Below are positions 17,925-28,182 of a DNA stretch of 64,000 nucleotides, piece after piece. The position numbers and the translations under genes are program-made. This stretch comes from an uncultured Desulfarculus sp. (GTDB taxonomy: Bacteria > Desulfobacterota > Desulfarculia > Desulfarculales > Desulfarculaceae): positions 2,944,001 through 3,008,000 of the forward strand of contig CAXXUK010000001.1 of the NCBI GenBank assembly GCA_963665125.2, read 5' to 3'. The notes below the pieces were generated by a model. It made no database searches. It was not told the DNA's origin and was given only the letters and a program-made list of their open reading frames with translations. Within the stretch, counting starts at the first letter, position 1; every line of letters starts with the position of its first letter.

Positions 17925-18806
17925 ATGAAAGCAACCACCCTGTTCAAGCAGCTCGTATACGACCCGGAGATCCTGCTTTTGCCCGTGGCCCACGACGCCC
18001 TTTGCGCCCGCATCGCCCGCCAGGCCGGGTTCAAGGCCGTCTGCTCGGCGGGCTATGCCAACAGCGCCAGCCTTTTGGGCAAACCCGACGTAAACCTGCT
18101 GACGCTAACGGAAATGGTGAATGCCGCCGGGCGCATCGCCGACGCGGCGGGCCTGCCGGTGATGGCCGACGGCGACACGGGCCACGGCAACGTGACCAAC
18201 GTCATCCGCACGGTGAAGCTCCACGAAAAGGCCGGGATCGCCGCCCTGTTCATCGAGGACCAGGTCTCGCCCAAGCGCTGCGGCCACATGTCCGGCAAGC
18301 GCATCATTCCCATCGAGGACATGCTGGCCAAGATCAAGGCCGCCCTGGACGCCCGCACGGACCCGGACTTCATGATCATGGCCCGCACCGACGCCATCGC
18401 CGTCGAGGGCATCGACGCGGCCCTGGAGCGGGCCCGCCGGTTCCAGGATGTGGGCGCGGACATGATCTTCATCGAGGCCCCGCAAAACATCGAACAGATG
18501 CGGCTCATCGCCTCCGAGGTCAAGGCCCCGACCATGGCCAACATGATCCCCGGCGGGGCCACGCCCGTTCTTTCGGCTGATGAATTGCAAAAAATGGGCT
18601 TCGCCATGGTGGCCTTTCCCACGGTGAACACCTATGCCATTGCCAAGGCCACCAAAGAGCTGTTCGGCCATATCGCCCGGAACGGCTCGTTCATGGGCCT
18701 TGAGGACCGATTCATGGAGTTCGAGGAATTCAACGACCTGGTGGGCCTGCCCCAAATCCGCGAGTTGGAACACTACTACTACAAAGACATCAAAGAGGAC
18801 GCCTAG
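17925..18806 (+). CDS. Isocitrate lyase/PEP mutase family protein (PrpB/oxaloacetate decarboxylase-like)
   Basis: DGDTGHG, IEDQVSPKRCGH and ARTDA motifs. Confidence 0.9.
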   Translation: MKATTLFKQLVYDPEILLLPVAHDALCARIARQAGFKAVCSAGYANSASLLGKPDVNLLTLTEMVNAAGRIADAAGLPVMADGDTGHGNVTNVIRTVKLHEKAGIAALFIEDQVSPKRCGHMSGKRIIPIEDMLAKIKAALDARTDPDFMIMARTDAIAVEGIDAALERARRFQDVGADMIFIEAPQNIEQMRLIASEVKAPTMANMIPGGATPVLSADELQKMGFAMVAFPTVNTYAIAKATKELFGHIARNGSFMGLEDRFMEFEEFNDLVGLPQIRELEHYYYKDIKEDA

Positions 18807-18867
18807 AGCGTCTTCTGCCGGAGCGGCCGCGTATGTTAAGATAGCCCATTATTTATACGGGAAAAGG

Positions 18868-19725
18868 ATGGCGGATATGCGGCAACCGGAAATGCTCAAG
18901 GCGGACGGCGACGGCATTGAAATTCAACTGGCCCAGTGGCCCGGCGACGGCCCGCCGGTCTTGTGCATCCACGGCCTGACGGCCAACTGCCGCAGCTTTG
19001 ACACCATCGCCGGGGCCCTCTCGCCCGCCCACCGGGTCATCGCCATGGACCTGCGGGGCCGGGGCCGCTCGGACAAACCTGCCACCGGTTATTCCATGAA
19101 CCACCACTGCCGGGACATCAAGGCCGTGCTGGACAGCCTGGGCCTGGACAAGGTCAGCCTCTTGGGCCATTCCCTGGGCAGCTATATCTCCCTGGCCTAC
19201 ACCGCCGCCAATCCGGACCAGGTCCAAAAACTGGCCCTTTTGGACGGCGGGGCCAATCTCACGCCCGAGCAATGGGGCAAGGTCACCCTGGGCATCAAGC
19301 CCTCCCTGGACCGCCTGGGCAAGCTGTTTCCCTCGTTCGAGGCCTATACCGACACGGTCAAGGCCTCGCCGTTCATGAAGCCCTGGAACGAGGCCATGGA
19401 ATCCTATTACGCCTATGACACAGAGCAGATCGACGGCCAGACCCGCTCGGTGATCCACCCCGAGAACATAGACGAGGAACGGGCCAACCTGCTGACCATG
19501 GACCCCTCGGCCTATTACCCCATGATCAAGTGCCCGGTGCTGATTCTGCGGGCCACCCTGGGCATGCTGGGCGGCGATGAGCTAGTGCTGCCCCAGTCGG
19601 CCACCGACGGCCTGCTGGCCCAGTTGCCCACGGCCAAACTCGTCAACCTCGACGGCATGCACCACTTTTCCGTGGCCTTCCAGCCCTGTCCCCAACTCGA
19701 CCAGGCCCTGTTGGACTTTTTCTAG
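18868..19725 (+). CDS. Alpha/beta hydrolase
   Basis: HGLTAN, DLRGRGRSD, GHSLG nucleophile elbow and C-terminal His; start could also be 18877. Confidence 0.9.
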   Translation: MADMRQPEMLKADGDGIEIQLAQWPGDGPPVLCIHGLTANCRSFDTIAGALSPAHRVIAMDLRGRGRSDKPATGYSMNHHCRDIKAVLDSLGLDKVSLLGHSLGSYISLAYTAANPDQVQKLALLDGGANLTPEQWGKVTLGIKPSLDRLGKLFPSFEAYTDTVKASPFMKPWNEAMESYYAYDTEQIDGQTRSVIHPENIDEERANLLTMDPSAYYPMIKCPVLILRATLGMLGGDELVLPQSATDGLLAQLPTAKLVNLDGMHHFSVAFQPCPQLDQALLDFF

Positions 19726-19883
19726 CGCTGGGCGGACGGGCAGGACTCAATGCATGACTAGGCGGTAAAGGCCCCGGACATACGGTGGCTGCTTGGCCTT
19801 TACTAGGCATCAAATCCATTTACCGCCTCCGTGCCCTGTCGGGTACTGTGCCGACGCAAGCTTTCTGGAAAGCCAATTTTCCC

Positions 19884-19956
19884 CTGGGGGAAGTGGGGAC
19901 CCCCTTTTGACAAAGGTGGTCCCAGTCTCCCCCCAGACCCCGCCTCTCCCCTCCAA
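19884..19956. repeat. Imperfect palindromic intergenic element (REP/MITE-like)
   Basis: CTGGGGG..GGGACC..CTTTTG-A-CAAAG..GGTCCC..CCCCCAG nested inverted repeat with a pyrimidine tail. Confidence 0.5.
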
Positions 19957-20153
19957 ATGACGTTGCCTCGAGTTGGGTCTGAGGTTACCTGGGATATGCT
20001 GGAATTTGTAGATATTCAGTTCGCGTTGGCGGGTGGAAGTGCCAGTTTCCAGCAGGATTACGCTATTCCTCGGTGTGTGGACGGCGCCCCATGGCAGGTT
20101 TGGGGCCGGTCGAGTCGTGGTAATTGCACCAGCAACATCGTTGTTTTTCGTAC

Positions 20154-20574
20154 AGGCTGGCCAGGACGGCCAGCCCGGCGCAGCGCGAAGCCATGCACCG
20201 TAAGCTTCAGGTCTGATTCACTCAGCCCGAAGCGTTGCACCTCGGCCCAAGGATGGGCCGAGGTGCAAGAAAATAGCAGGGCCAGCCCGGCGCGGCGCGA
20301 AGCCACGCTCCGTAAGCCCCGGATCGGATTTATTCCGTCCGGGGCGGCCCAATGCTTGGGCTCCCAAATCGTGGGCAAGCTCAGCGCGCGGTAAAGCGCT
20401 GTCGGCCCCGACCGCACACTTCAACACGGCATTAACGTGCATATCAGAAAGGCTGGCCATGGACGGTCAGCCCGGCGCGGCGCGCTAGCCACGCGCCGTA
20501 AGCCTCGGGTCTGATTCACTCAGCCCGAGGCGCTGTTACTCTGGCCAAGGATGGCCAGAGTAACAAGAAATAGC
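20154..20574 (+). repeat. Three copies (two full, one partial) of a ~124-nt multi-hairpin element with A(N)GGA loops
   Basis: Copies at 20154-20277, 20280-20346 (partial) and 20450-20574 share CAGCCCGGCGC..CGCG..AGCCA.GC.CCGTAAGC; stems show compensatory changes. Confidence 0.85.
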
Positions 20575-20576
20575 TG

Positions 20577-21815
20577 CTATTTCAACAGGTTCCACTCGTA
20601 ATTGATGATGAAGCGGAAATCGGCGTATTCCTGGCCGCCGGCGACATCGTCCTGGTTGACCACCGCGCCCCTGGCCCGCAGCCACAGGCCGTCGAGATAG
20701 GTCTGCTTGAAGCGGTAGCTGACATCGAGGTCGGCCTCCCATTGATCCGGCGAGGCATTCTGGCCCGTGTCCGGGGTGTCGGACATGGTGAACAGGGTGT
20801 TGGCGCTCAGGTTGCCCGGCCCCAGCATGCCGAAGTCGGCCGACAGGCCCACCATCCATGTCTTGTCATCGGCCCGGTCGTTGTCCTCCTCCATGATGGA
20901 GGTGTAGCCGGGATAGCTTGACCAGGGGTTGAAGGCGGCCGAATCCGGGCCTGTTTGGGTGTAGGCCAGGGTCAGGCCCACGCCCTTGTAGTGGAGCACG
21001 GTCTGCACGCCGTACTGCCAGCCTTCGAACTGGCCCACCAGGGCCCAGCCCACTGCCCGTTGGTCAAAGCCCTGCAGCGAAACGTCGATGCCCCAGTCCG
21101 GGGAGAGCTTCCAGGTGCCGTCGGCCTGGAAATAGAGGATGTTGGCCACCTGGTGGGCGAAGTACTCGTACAACTGCACCTTGTAGTTTTCGTTTATCTG
21201 GTATTCGACGCCGCCCATGGTCACGCCCTCGTCGCTGTTGTAGGCTCCGGCGGCCTGGCTCATGGACTTGAACACCGTGTCGTTCCAGGTCTTGATGCCG
21301 GTCACGTGGGATACGATGAGGTCAAGGCCCTTGATGGAGCTGTTGGCCAGGGTGTAGGCCTCGTAGGTCACCGGCACCATGCGCACGTCATAGGCGTTGA
21401 GGAACGGTGTGTCGAGCTTCTGACGGAAGACCTTGGCCGAGGTGCCGCCGTAGGCGGCTTTCAGGTAGGCCTCGCCCAGCACGGTGATGCCTTCCTGGTC
21501 CGAGTTGAGCAGGTTGGTGCCCACGCGGTCCTCATCGGCGATGAAAAAGGGCTGGGACGTATACGCCGCGCCGCCCAGGCTCAGGCCGTACAAGGGCGCG
21601 GTTTCATAAAAGACCCAGCCGCCGATGGCCCAGGCCTCCTGTGTGCCTCCGCTTTGGTCGAAATGCCGGTTCATGTAAAAACTGCGGAAGTGAATATCGA
21701 GTTTGCCGTCTTTGAGCCATTGCTCCATATCGGCGCAGGTCCCCGTGGCGGGCGCGGCCAGCAGCAGGACCAAGCAAAACAACAGAACCGCCTTTATACG
21801 CGAATGCCTAATCAT
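20577..21815 (-). CDS. OprD family outer-membrane porin
   Basis: Signal peptide, LGEAYLK, RQKLDTPF..YD.RM.P.TYEA and C-terminal DFRFIINY beta strand. Confidence 0.85.
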   Translation of the reverse strand: MIRHSRIKAVLLFCLVLLLAAPATGTCADMEQWLKDGKLDIHFRSFYMNRHFDQSGGTQEAWAIGGWVFYETAPLYGLSLGGAAYTSQPFFIADEDRVGTNLLNSDQEGITVLGEAYLKAAYGGTSAKVFRQKLDTPFLNAYDVRMVPVTYEAYTLANSSIKGLDLIVSHVTGIKTWNDTVFKSMSQAAGAYNSDEGVTMGGVEYQINENYKVQLYEYFAHQVANILYFQADGTWKLSPDWGIDVSLQGFDQRAVGWALVGQFEGWQYGVQTVLHYKGVGLTLAYTQTGPDSAAFNPWSSYPGYTSIMEEDNDRADDKTWMVGLSADFGMLGPGNLSANTLFTMSDTPDTGQNASPDQWEADLDVSYRFKQTYLDGLWLRARGAVVNQDDVAGGQEYADFRFIINYEWNLLK

Positions 21816-21841
21816 GTCTAAATCTCCCACTGATGTGTCCG

Positions 21842-22156
21842 CTACATGACTCTGGAACAGCGAATAAGTAGTGAATCGGTAATGGCCTCTTCCCTGAAAT
21901 GCAGTATGGCCAAATAATCCGGATCACTGGTGAAGGCTTTGAAGGTGTCCCAGTTGGGATATTCCACAAAGAAAACCAGGTCGGCATCAAATTTGCCGAT
22001 TACCGATTTGTTGGGCGCGAATGCCGGCAGGGGCCTGATGCCGTATTTTTTTAAAATCGGGGCGCAGCCGTCCATGTACTTTTGATAGGACTCACTGCCG
22101 CCTTCGGGTTTGAACCACAATGCGTTGAGCATATAGATTTTTTCGTCGTTTGACAT
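21842..22156 (-). CDS. DUF1330 domain protein
   Basis: YMLNALWF, FFVEYP, DPDY and REEA motifs; start after AGGAG. Confidence 0.8.
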   Translation of the reverse strand: MSNDEKIYMLNALWFKPEGGSESYQKYMDGCAPILKKYGIRPLPAFAPNKSVIGKFDADLVFFVEYPNWDTFKAFTSDPDYLAILHFREEAITDSLLIRCSRVM

Positions 22157-22494
22157 CGCTTCCGTCTCCTTTTCCAATGCCCATAATCCAATGATTGCCA
22201 TGGTCATGGCAAGCGATGAGTTTCGCTTAACACGCATGGTGCATAATTTGTTGTGGTTTGGTTATATATAATAACACCTTATGTGGCCAGCTTGAACGCG
22301 GCGGAAAATACGACACGGCCGATCTCGGCGGATGGGCCGGGCCTCTGATCACGGGCCGTGAGGCGGCGGCAAAACCAGCGCTTATTTAAAAGGCCGCCCA
22401 CTGCCGGCAAGACCGGTTTGACACCTCCGGGGCGGCGGGCCTAGAATCCACAATTAGCAGGCGGTGTTTTAGCGCTTGCTTACAATAAAGGCCG

Positions 22495-25400
22495 ATGATG
22501 GTGCTGAAGCTTCTGTTGAAAATAATCGCCGGTTTGTTGGCCGCCATTTTGCTGTTGGCCGCCGCGGCCATCGCAGTGGTGACGATATGGCCCGGCGTTT
22601 TGCAGCCCGCCCTGGAATGGGCCCTGGCCCCCCAAAACGGCTGTGCCGTCATCCAGGCGGTTGAGTTCAATCCCCTCAGGCAAAGCCTTTCTCTGCGCGG
22701 CCTGCGCATTACCGGACCCAACCCGGAGATATTGGACGTACAAGCCGGTCAGGTGATGATCCGGGCTGATCTGCTGCGGGCCTTGGGCGGCGGGTCTCCC
22801 CTGCGGATGGTCAAGGCGGACGGCTTGCAGGTGGTTTTCACGGCCCAACCCGGCGAGGGCGGCGGCGGCTTTGATCCGGCCCTATTGGGTCATCTGCTGG
22901 CCGTGGACAGCCTGATGGTCTATGCCAAGTCACTGGACATTGCCCTGCCCCAGGCCAGGGTGAGGGTCAGCGGCCTGGCCCTGAACCGTAGCGAAAAAGG
23001 CAAGGCGGATCTCGATCTGATGGCCATTGTGGCGGTCACCGGGGCTGACGGCGGCCAGTGGTTCCAGGGCCAATTGACCGGCCGGGGATCGGCCGCCGAG
23101 GGCAAGACTTTGTCGGGATATCTGTCCCTGAACAAGGCCAAACTGGATACGCCGTGGCTGGGCGGCGAAATGATGGCCGGTTTGAACTTTGGTTTGCAGG
23201 GCAATACGCTGGACGTGGGGATTATACGTCTTTCGCTACCCGACAGTACCGTAAGGCTGACGGTGGACGGCAAGCAGTTGGCTTGGTCAGGCGTCAAGGC
23301 GAGACTGGCGGCCAGAGGCAAATACGACCTGGCCAAGGCCGAGGCAAACATTGAAACCGTCAGCTTGGTCGTTGATGACATCCTGAAGGTATCAGGCAGC
23401 TATTCCCCCAAGGGCCTCGCCGCCAAAGCCAGCCTGAACTGCGGCGGCAAACTGCTTGAGGTTCTTGAGCCAATTCTGCCCCAGTCCTTGCGGGGCCTCG
23501 GCTTGCAGGGGACTCTGGATTTTGAACTGGCCAGGTTGGTCGACGGCCTGAATGAACTGCGCCTGGTGCCCGACGGCTTCAGGGTTTTTTTGCCCGATGG
23601 ACTTATTGACGCCGAGTTCGGCGGGATGATCCAACTGGCCGGAAAAGACGCCGACTTGCAATGGTCCGGCGCCCTGGTGGCCGACGCCTCGGGTCGGGCC
23701 GGTGATCTGACCATGGATCATCTGCAACTGAAACTGCCCCTGGCCGGTCCCTTGCTTCAACCGGCCAGCCCCAGACCGGAACTGCTGGCCCCGGCCGGCG
23801 CCATTGCCTGGCAGGGCCGCACCCTGCCCCTGGGCCTGGTGTCCGCCGCGGGCGAACTGGTCTGGCAAAATGATCTGCCCATGCTCGACAATATCGTGCT
23901 CAAGGCCGAAGCCCTGGGCAGCCTGAGCGGATCGGCGGGCATGGGCCCCAATGGGCCTGTGGGCGCTTTGGCCGGTCAAAACATAGCCGCCGGGCCCATC
24001 CTGGCCCTGACCCGGGCCATCATGCCCGGAAAGGTCGACGGCTGGCAGGCCTCGGGCGGCCTTGACCTGGACGTGAGTCTCACACAGCAAAGCGGCGTTC
24101 CGGCGATCTCGGCGGATTTGAAGCCGCGGGACCTGGGCCTGCGATCGGCCGACGGCCTGCTGATGCTGGCCAAATTGCAGGGCTCGCTCAAGGCGGGCGT
24201 GCAGATGGGGGCCAAGCCTCGCTTCACGGCCGAACTGGCCCTGAGGACCGGTCAGTTGCTCTATGACACGCTGTATCTGGATCTGTCCCAGCGGCCCCTG
24301 GCCGTGAAAGCGGCCGGTATGCGGCAAGGCCCTTCGGTCTGGCGGGACATGCTTCTGGACCTGCGCCTGGGCGGCATGGGCTCCCTGCGCCTCAGCGGCG
24401 CCATGGACGTTTCAAACAAGGGCAAGCCGGTCTATTCGGGGCGCCTGAGCGTCAAGGACTTTGAGATAGGCCCGGCCTTTGCCGAGTTGGCCCGGCCCAG
24501 CCTCTCGGCCCGGCAGCCCGAATTGGGCCTTATGGAGATGGGCGGCCAGGCCGACCTGGGCCTTGATTTCAAGGGCAAGGGCAGCTCCGCCGCCATCAGC
24601 GGCCGTTTGGCTGTTGCCGGCGGCTGGCTAAGCCCCGACGGCCAGGCCAAGACCTTCCAGGGCCTGGATCTGGGTCTGCCGTTCAGTTATGAATTGGGCG
24701 GCAAGCGCAACCCAAAGAACAAGCCCATGCAATGGGGCAGCCTGCGCCTGGCAAAAATCGAAGGGGGGGGCATCAGCCTGTCCAAGCTCAACTTGACCCT
24801 GGCCTTGATTCCAAACCGGCTCATCGTAAAGGAGGCCGTCAGCCTGCCGCTGTACGGGGCGGAGCTGCGGGCGTCGGGCATCAGGGTGGATCAACCCCTG
24901 TCGCCGGATTTCAAGGCCAACCTGGACGCGACGCTGAGCAAGTTGGACATGGCAGCCCTGCCCACCGGCGGCATGAAGTTGCAGGGCAGCCTGTCCGGCC
25001 GCTTGGGGCCGGTGGTGCTGACAGCCAAGGGTCTGTCCTGCGGCGGCGGCCTGACCGGCACCTTCTTCGGCGGCAAGCTGAGGGTGAGCAATATACTAGC
25101 CAGGGAGCTTTTCAGCGGCGTTCCGGTCTTTGGCGCGGACGCCGAGGCCAGAAATGTCGATCTGAAGAAACTGACCACGGCCCTGGGTGCGGGCGTTGTC
25201 AGCGGCAGGGTCGATATCGATCTGAAGGGGCTGCGCGTGGCCTCGGGCCAGCCCCAGGCCTTTGATCTGCGGGTGCTGTCCAAGGAAACGGCGGGGGTCG
25301 ACCAGGAGGTAAGCCTCCAGGCCGTCAACAGCATCAGCGTCATCGGCACCGGCGAAGGCCTCACCGGCCTGGGCATGGGCCTGCTTCAGCCGCTTTTCGA

Positions 25401-25632
25401 GCGTTTTGCGTATGAGGCCATTGGTTTTTCATGTACTCTGAAAACCGACGTATTTACCGTGCGCGGTCTGATCCGCCAGGGAAATGTGGAATATATTGTA
25501 AGAAAGCCGGCCTTTTTCGGCATCAATGTAATAAACGCGAACAAGGACAACCAGATCAGTTTTTCGGATATGCTGGAGCGGGTCCGCAGGGTCGCCGCCG
25601 ATAGGGCCAAGAGCCCGGAAGACAAAGGATAA
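22495..25632 (+). CDS. YdbH/AsmA-like intermembrane bridge protein
   Basis: N-terminal TM, ~1000 aa of amphipathic beta strands and C-terminal F.YEAIGFSC.L...ISFSDMLER; followed by a YnbE/YdbL-like gene. Confidence 0.75.
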   Translation: MMVLKLLLKIIAGLLAAILLLAAAAIAVVTIWPGVLQPALEWALAPQNGCAVIQAVEFNPLRQSLSLRGLRITGPNPEILDVQAGQVMIRADLLRALGGGSPLRMVKADGLQVVFTAQPGEGGGGFDPALLGHLLAVDSLMVYAKSLDIALPQARVRVSGLALNRSEKGKADLDLMAIVAVTGADGGQWFQGQLTGRGSAAEGKTLSGYLSLNKAKLDTPWLGGEMMAGLNFGLQGNTLDVGIIRLSLPDSTVRLTVDGKQLAWSGVKARLAARGKYDLAKAEANIETVSLVVDDILKVSGSYSPKGLAAKASLNCGGKLLEVLEPILPQSLRGLGLQGTLDFELARLVDGLNELRLVPDGFRVFLPDGLIDAEFGGMIQLAGKDADLQWSGALVADASGRAGDLTMDHLQLKLPLAGPLLQPASPRPELLAPAGAIAWQGRTLPLGLVSAAGELVWQNDLPMLDNIVLKAEALGSLSGSAGMGPNGPVGALAGQNIAAGPILALTRAIMPGKVDGWQASGGLDLDVSLTQQSGVPAISADLKPRDLGLRSADGLLMLAKLQGSLKAGVQMGAKPRFTAELALRTGQLLYDTLYLDLSQRPLAVKAAGMRQGPSVWRDMLLDLRLGGMGSLRLSGAMDVSNKGKPVYSGRLSVKDFEIGPAFAELARPSLSARQPELGLMEMGGQADLGLDFKGKGSSAAISGRLAVAGGWLSPDGQAKTFQGLDLGLPFSYELGGKRNPKNKPMQWGSLRLAKIEGGGISLSKLNLTLALIPNRLIVKEAVSLPLYGAELRASGIRVDQPLSPDFKANLDATLSKLDMAALPTGGMKLQGSLSGRLGPVVLTAKGLSCGGGLTGTFFGGKLRVSNILARELFSGVPVFGADAEARNVDLKKLTTALGAGVVSGRVDIDLKGLRVASGQPQAFDLRVLSKETAGVDQEVSLQAVNSISVIGTGEGLTGLGMGLLQPLFERFAYEAIGFSCTLKTDVFTVRGLIRQGNVEYIVRKPAFFGINVINANKDNQISFSDMLERVRRVAADRAKSPEDKG

Positions 25633-25643
25633 AGGAGCAGTTT

Positions 25644-26237
25644 ATGGGCAAAATGCACAAAATGCTGAAACCGTTGACGTTCGGGCTTACGCTCATGCTT
25701 GCCGCCTGCGTGACGGTCAATATCTATTTCCCGGCGGCGGAAGTGCAAAAAACAGCCGAAGAGATCGTCAGCGATGTCTATGGCGACAAAAAGCAGGAGC
25801 AGACCAAGCCCGAGGAAAAACCCGGTGACGCATCGAGCCTGGAGCGCATCCTCAATATCATCGGGCCCAGTCCGGCCATGGCCCAGAACGTAACCGCCGT
25901 GAGCAATGCCTCGATCCGGGCCATCAAGGACCGCATCACCGCCCGGCATCAGCAACTAGCTCCCTTCTACGCCAGGGGCAACGTGGGAATCGCCAATAAC
26001 GGCATGCTGGTGCTGCGCGACCAAGGCGGCCTCTCAGTGCCCCAGGTGGCCCAGGTGCGCCGTCTGGTCAACGCCGACAACGCGGACAGAAACCGCCTGA
26101 ACCAGGAAGTGGCCTCGGCCATCAAACAGCCCCAGAACACGGCAAAGGTGGCGGGCATCTTTGCCGACGAGTGGCGCAACAAGGCGGCACGGGGCTGGTG
26201 GATCCAACAGAACAACGGGGCCTGGGTCCGCAAGTAG
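25644..26237 (+). CDS. YnbE/YdbL-like (DUF1318) lipoprotein
   Basis: Lipobox LAAC, CVTVNIYFPAAEV, N.DR..L...VA and GWWIQ...G.W motifs. Confidence 0.85.
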   Translation: MGKMHKMLKPLTFGLTLMLAACVTVNIYFPAAEVQKTAEEIVSDVYGDKKQEQTKPEEKPGDASSLERILNIIGPSPAMAQNVTAVSNASIRAIKDRITARHQQLAPFYARGNVGIANNGMLVLRDQGGLSVPQVAQVRRLVNADNADRNRLNQEVASAIKQPQNTAKVAGIFADEWRNKAARGWWIQQNNGAWVRK

Positions 26238-26258
26238 CCTTCAGCATCATCCAAAACA

Positions 26259-26289
26259 CGGCCGCCGCCCGTTTCGCGGGCGGCGGCTG
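26259..26289. terminator. Hairpin between convergent genes (likely bidirectional terminator)
   Basis: CGGCCGCCGCCCG-tttcg-CGGGCGGCGGCTG. Confidence 0.7.
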
Positions 26290-26324
26290 TTGTTTGCTAT
26301 GCTGTGCCGTTTGACGGCCGGGGG

Positions 26325-26624
26325 CTAGACGCCATCCCTGTCGGCGATCTTGGTGATCTTGTCGGCAATGCGGAAGGCCACCAGGATCAGCTCCATGTAG
26401 ATGCGGGCCAAGATAAGCAGCAGGCACGCGCCGATGGGAGCCATGATCAGCATCAGCAGAGTCGAGCCGAAGCCCTGGGAATAGGCGAATGCTTGGTAGA
26501 TCGACATCAGGAAGAAAATGCCGACGCCAATGATGGACAGGACGTAGAGAACCTTGACCACTTTAGGGGTCACAAAGCTGGAGAAAGACAGGTCGAAAAG
26601 TTCGGCAAAAAAGTTCTTTTGCAT
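26325..26624 (-). CDS. DUF4282 domain membrane protein
   Basis: LFDLSFSSFVTPKVVKVLY and RIYMELILVAFRIA motifs; start after AAGGAGG. Confidence 0.85.
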   Translation of the reverse strand: MQKNFFAELFDLSFSSFVTPKVVKVLYVLSIIGVGIFFLMSIYQAFAYSQGFGSTLLMLIMAPIGACLLLILARIYMELILVAFRIADKITKIADRDGV

Positions 26625-26747
26625 CAGGGCCTCCTTGTTATTATTGCCGGGCAGGCATTTCATTTTGTCCATGATAGCTTTGTATTTGCTTTTTAAACAA
26701 CCGTAATTGGATGCGTAACGATTATTTTACGGTGGGCGTGCGCAACA

Positions 26748-27286
26748 TGGTTTTGTATCGGGAACTGGCGGCGATTTTGGACAAGGCGAAGGATTGTTCG
26801 CCGCCATGGTCCGACCAAAATCAGTGGCGGGAGTTGAACCGGTTGATGGCCGACTGGGCCGCCGCCGACGCCCAAGGCCCGGCCAGGACGCTGGCCGCGG
26901 AAATGGCCCGGCACCTGGCCCGAGCCGACCGGCTCATGGACGGGCTCTGCGCTGCGGCCTGCCCCTGGTGCCCGGATCCCTGCTGCATCAGCGCAAGGGT
27001 CTGGCTGGATCACGCTGATCTGGCCTTTATCCATCTGGCCGGATTCGCACCTCCCCCCGCCCAATTGCGTGACGGACCCGGCCAGACCTGCCGATATCTG
27101 GGCCCCAGAGGTTGTGCCCTGCCAAGACATTCAAGGCCATGGGTCTGCACCTGGCATATCTGCCCAACCCTGAAAGCGCGCCTGGACAAGCAACCGGAAG
27201 ACCGCATCGCCTGGCTCGAGCTTCAGGACGCAATCAAGCTCATTCGCAAAGAAATAGCCAGACGCCTGCCATCATACGGCCTATAG
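26748..27286 (+). CDS. Cysteine-cluster protein (YkgJ-like)
   Basis: CxxxCxxCxxxCC ... CRYLGPRGC.L....RPWVC...IC pattern; start uncertain. Confidence 0.7.
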
Positions 27287-27418
27287 CAAAAATCCAATTA
27301 AAACATCGTTTTAAGTTGTTATTTTGTAATTGCCGTTGCGGAAACGCAACTAAATGGTAATTATTTTCCTTACCTATTTTTGCAATTGCCTTTCACCTTT
27401 GATTGGGGGGTTCAACCG

Positions 27419-28099
27419 ATGAGCGAAAATAGTGCGGAGATTGCCCGGCTGAAGAGCCGGATCGAGAGCCTTGAAGCTGAACTGGCGCGTTACCGGGCCG
27501 TTGACCGGCAATCGGGCAACGGCTCCTTTTGGGAAGCCTTGGTCTATTCCCGGCCGATATTGAAATCGTTTCTGGATCACACGACCTATGGCGTGGCCGT
27601 CAAGGACAGGGACCTTCGGGTGCGGTTTGCCAACCCGGCTCTTCAAAGGATGCTGGGCCGAAGCGAAGAAAGCATCCTGATGAAATCCAGCATTGATTTC
27701 CTTGGTGCGGAAGACACCCAGCAGCTTGAAGAAGACGACCGGTGGGTTTTGGCCAACGGCGATCATATTGTGCGGGAACTAAGGACAACGCAGAATGGAC
27801 GCGAGATGCACGTGCGCGTTCACAAGTCGCCCATTATTGATTGCAACGATAATTTGGCGGGTATTTTTATTGCCGTGGTTGATCTGAAAGAGCTCGAATC
27901 AATAACCGGATATAAGCCGGGGCAGTCCCAGTTGATACCAATTTGCTCGAGTTGCAAAAAAATCCGCGATGACCAGGGCCGGTGGCTCCCCATGGAGACA
28001 TACCTGATGACCCATTGGAAGACTGGGCCGACTCACACGATCTGCCCGGAATGCGCCAAGGTGCTCTACCCTAATCTGAATCTGAAACTAGTGCCATAA
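27419..28099 (+). CDS. PAS domain protein with C-terminal Cys/His metal-binding module
   Basis: PAS (VKDRDLR..FAN) followed by IPICSSCKKIRDDQG.W...E.Y...THTICPEC. Confidence 0.85.
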   Translation: MSENSAEIARLKSRIESLEAELARYRAVDRQSGNGSFWEALVYSRPILKSFLDHTTYGVAVKDRDLRVRFANPALQRMLGRSEESILMKSSIDFLGAEDTQQLEEDDRWVLANGDHIVRELRTTQNGREMHVRVHKSPIIDCNDNLAGIFIAVVDLKELESITGYKPGQSQLIPICSSCKKIRDDQGRWLPMETYLMTHWKTGPTHTICPECAKVLYPNLNLKLVP

Positions 28100-28182
28100 A
28101 GCGCGGCGGCCCCGACGGGTAAAGCCGCCGGGGCCGCAGTGATTTTAAAGCCAAGCCAGGTGTTTCCCTGGCTATCCCAACC

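Noticed and set aside
19831..20460. ORFs 19831-20394 (+), 20058-20417 (-) and 20218-20460 (-)
   Set aside because: They run through palindromic repeats and have unprotein-like composition; likely spurious
20154..20574. CRISPR array
   Set aside because: Units are ~124 nt, divergent and irregularly spaced; no cas genes
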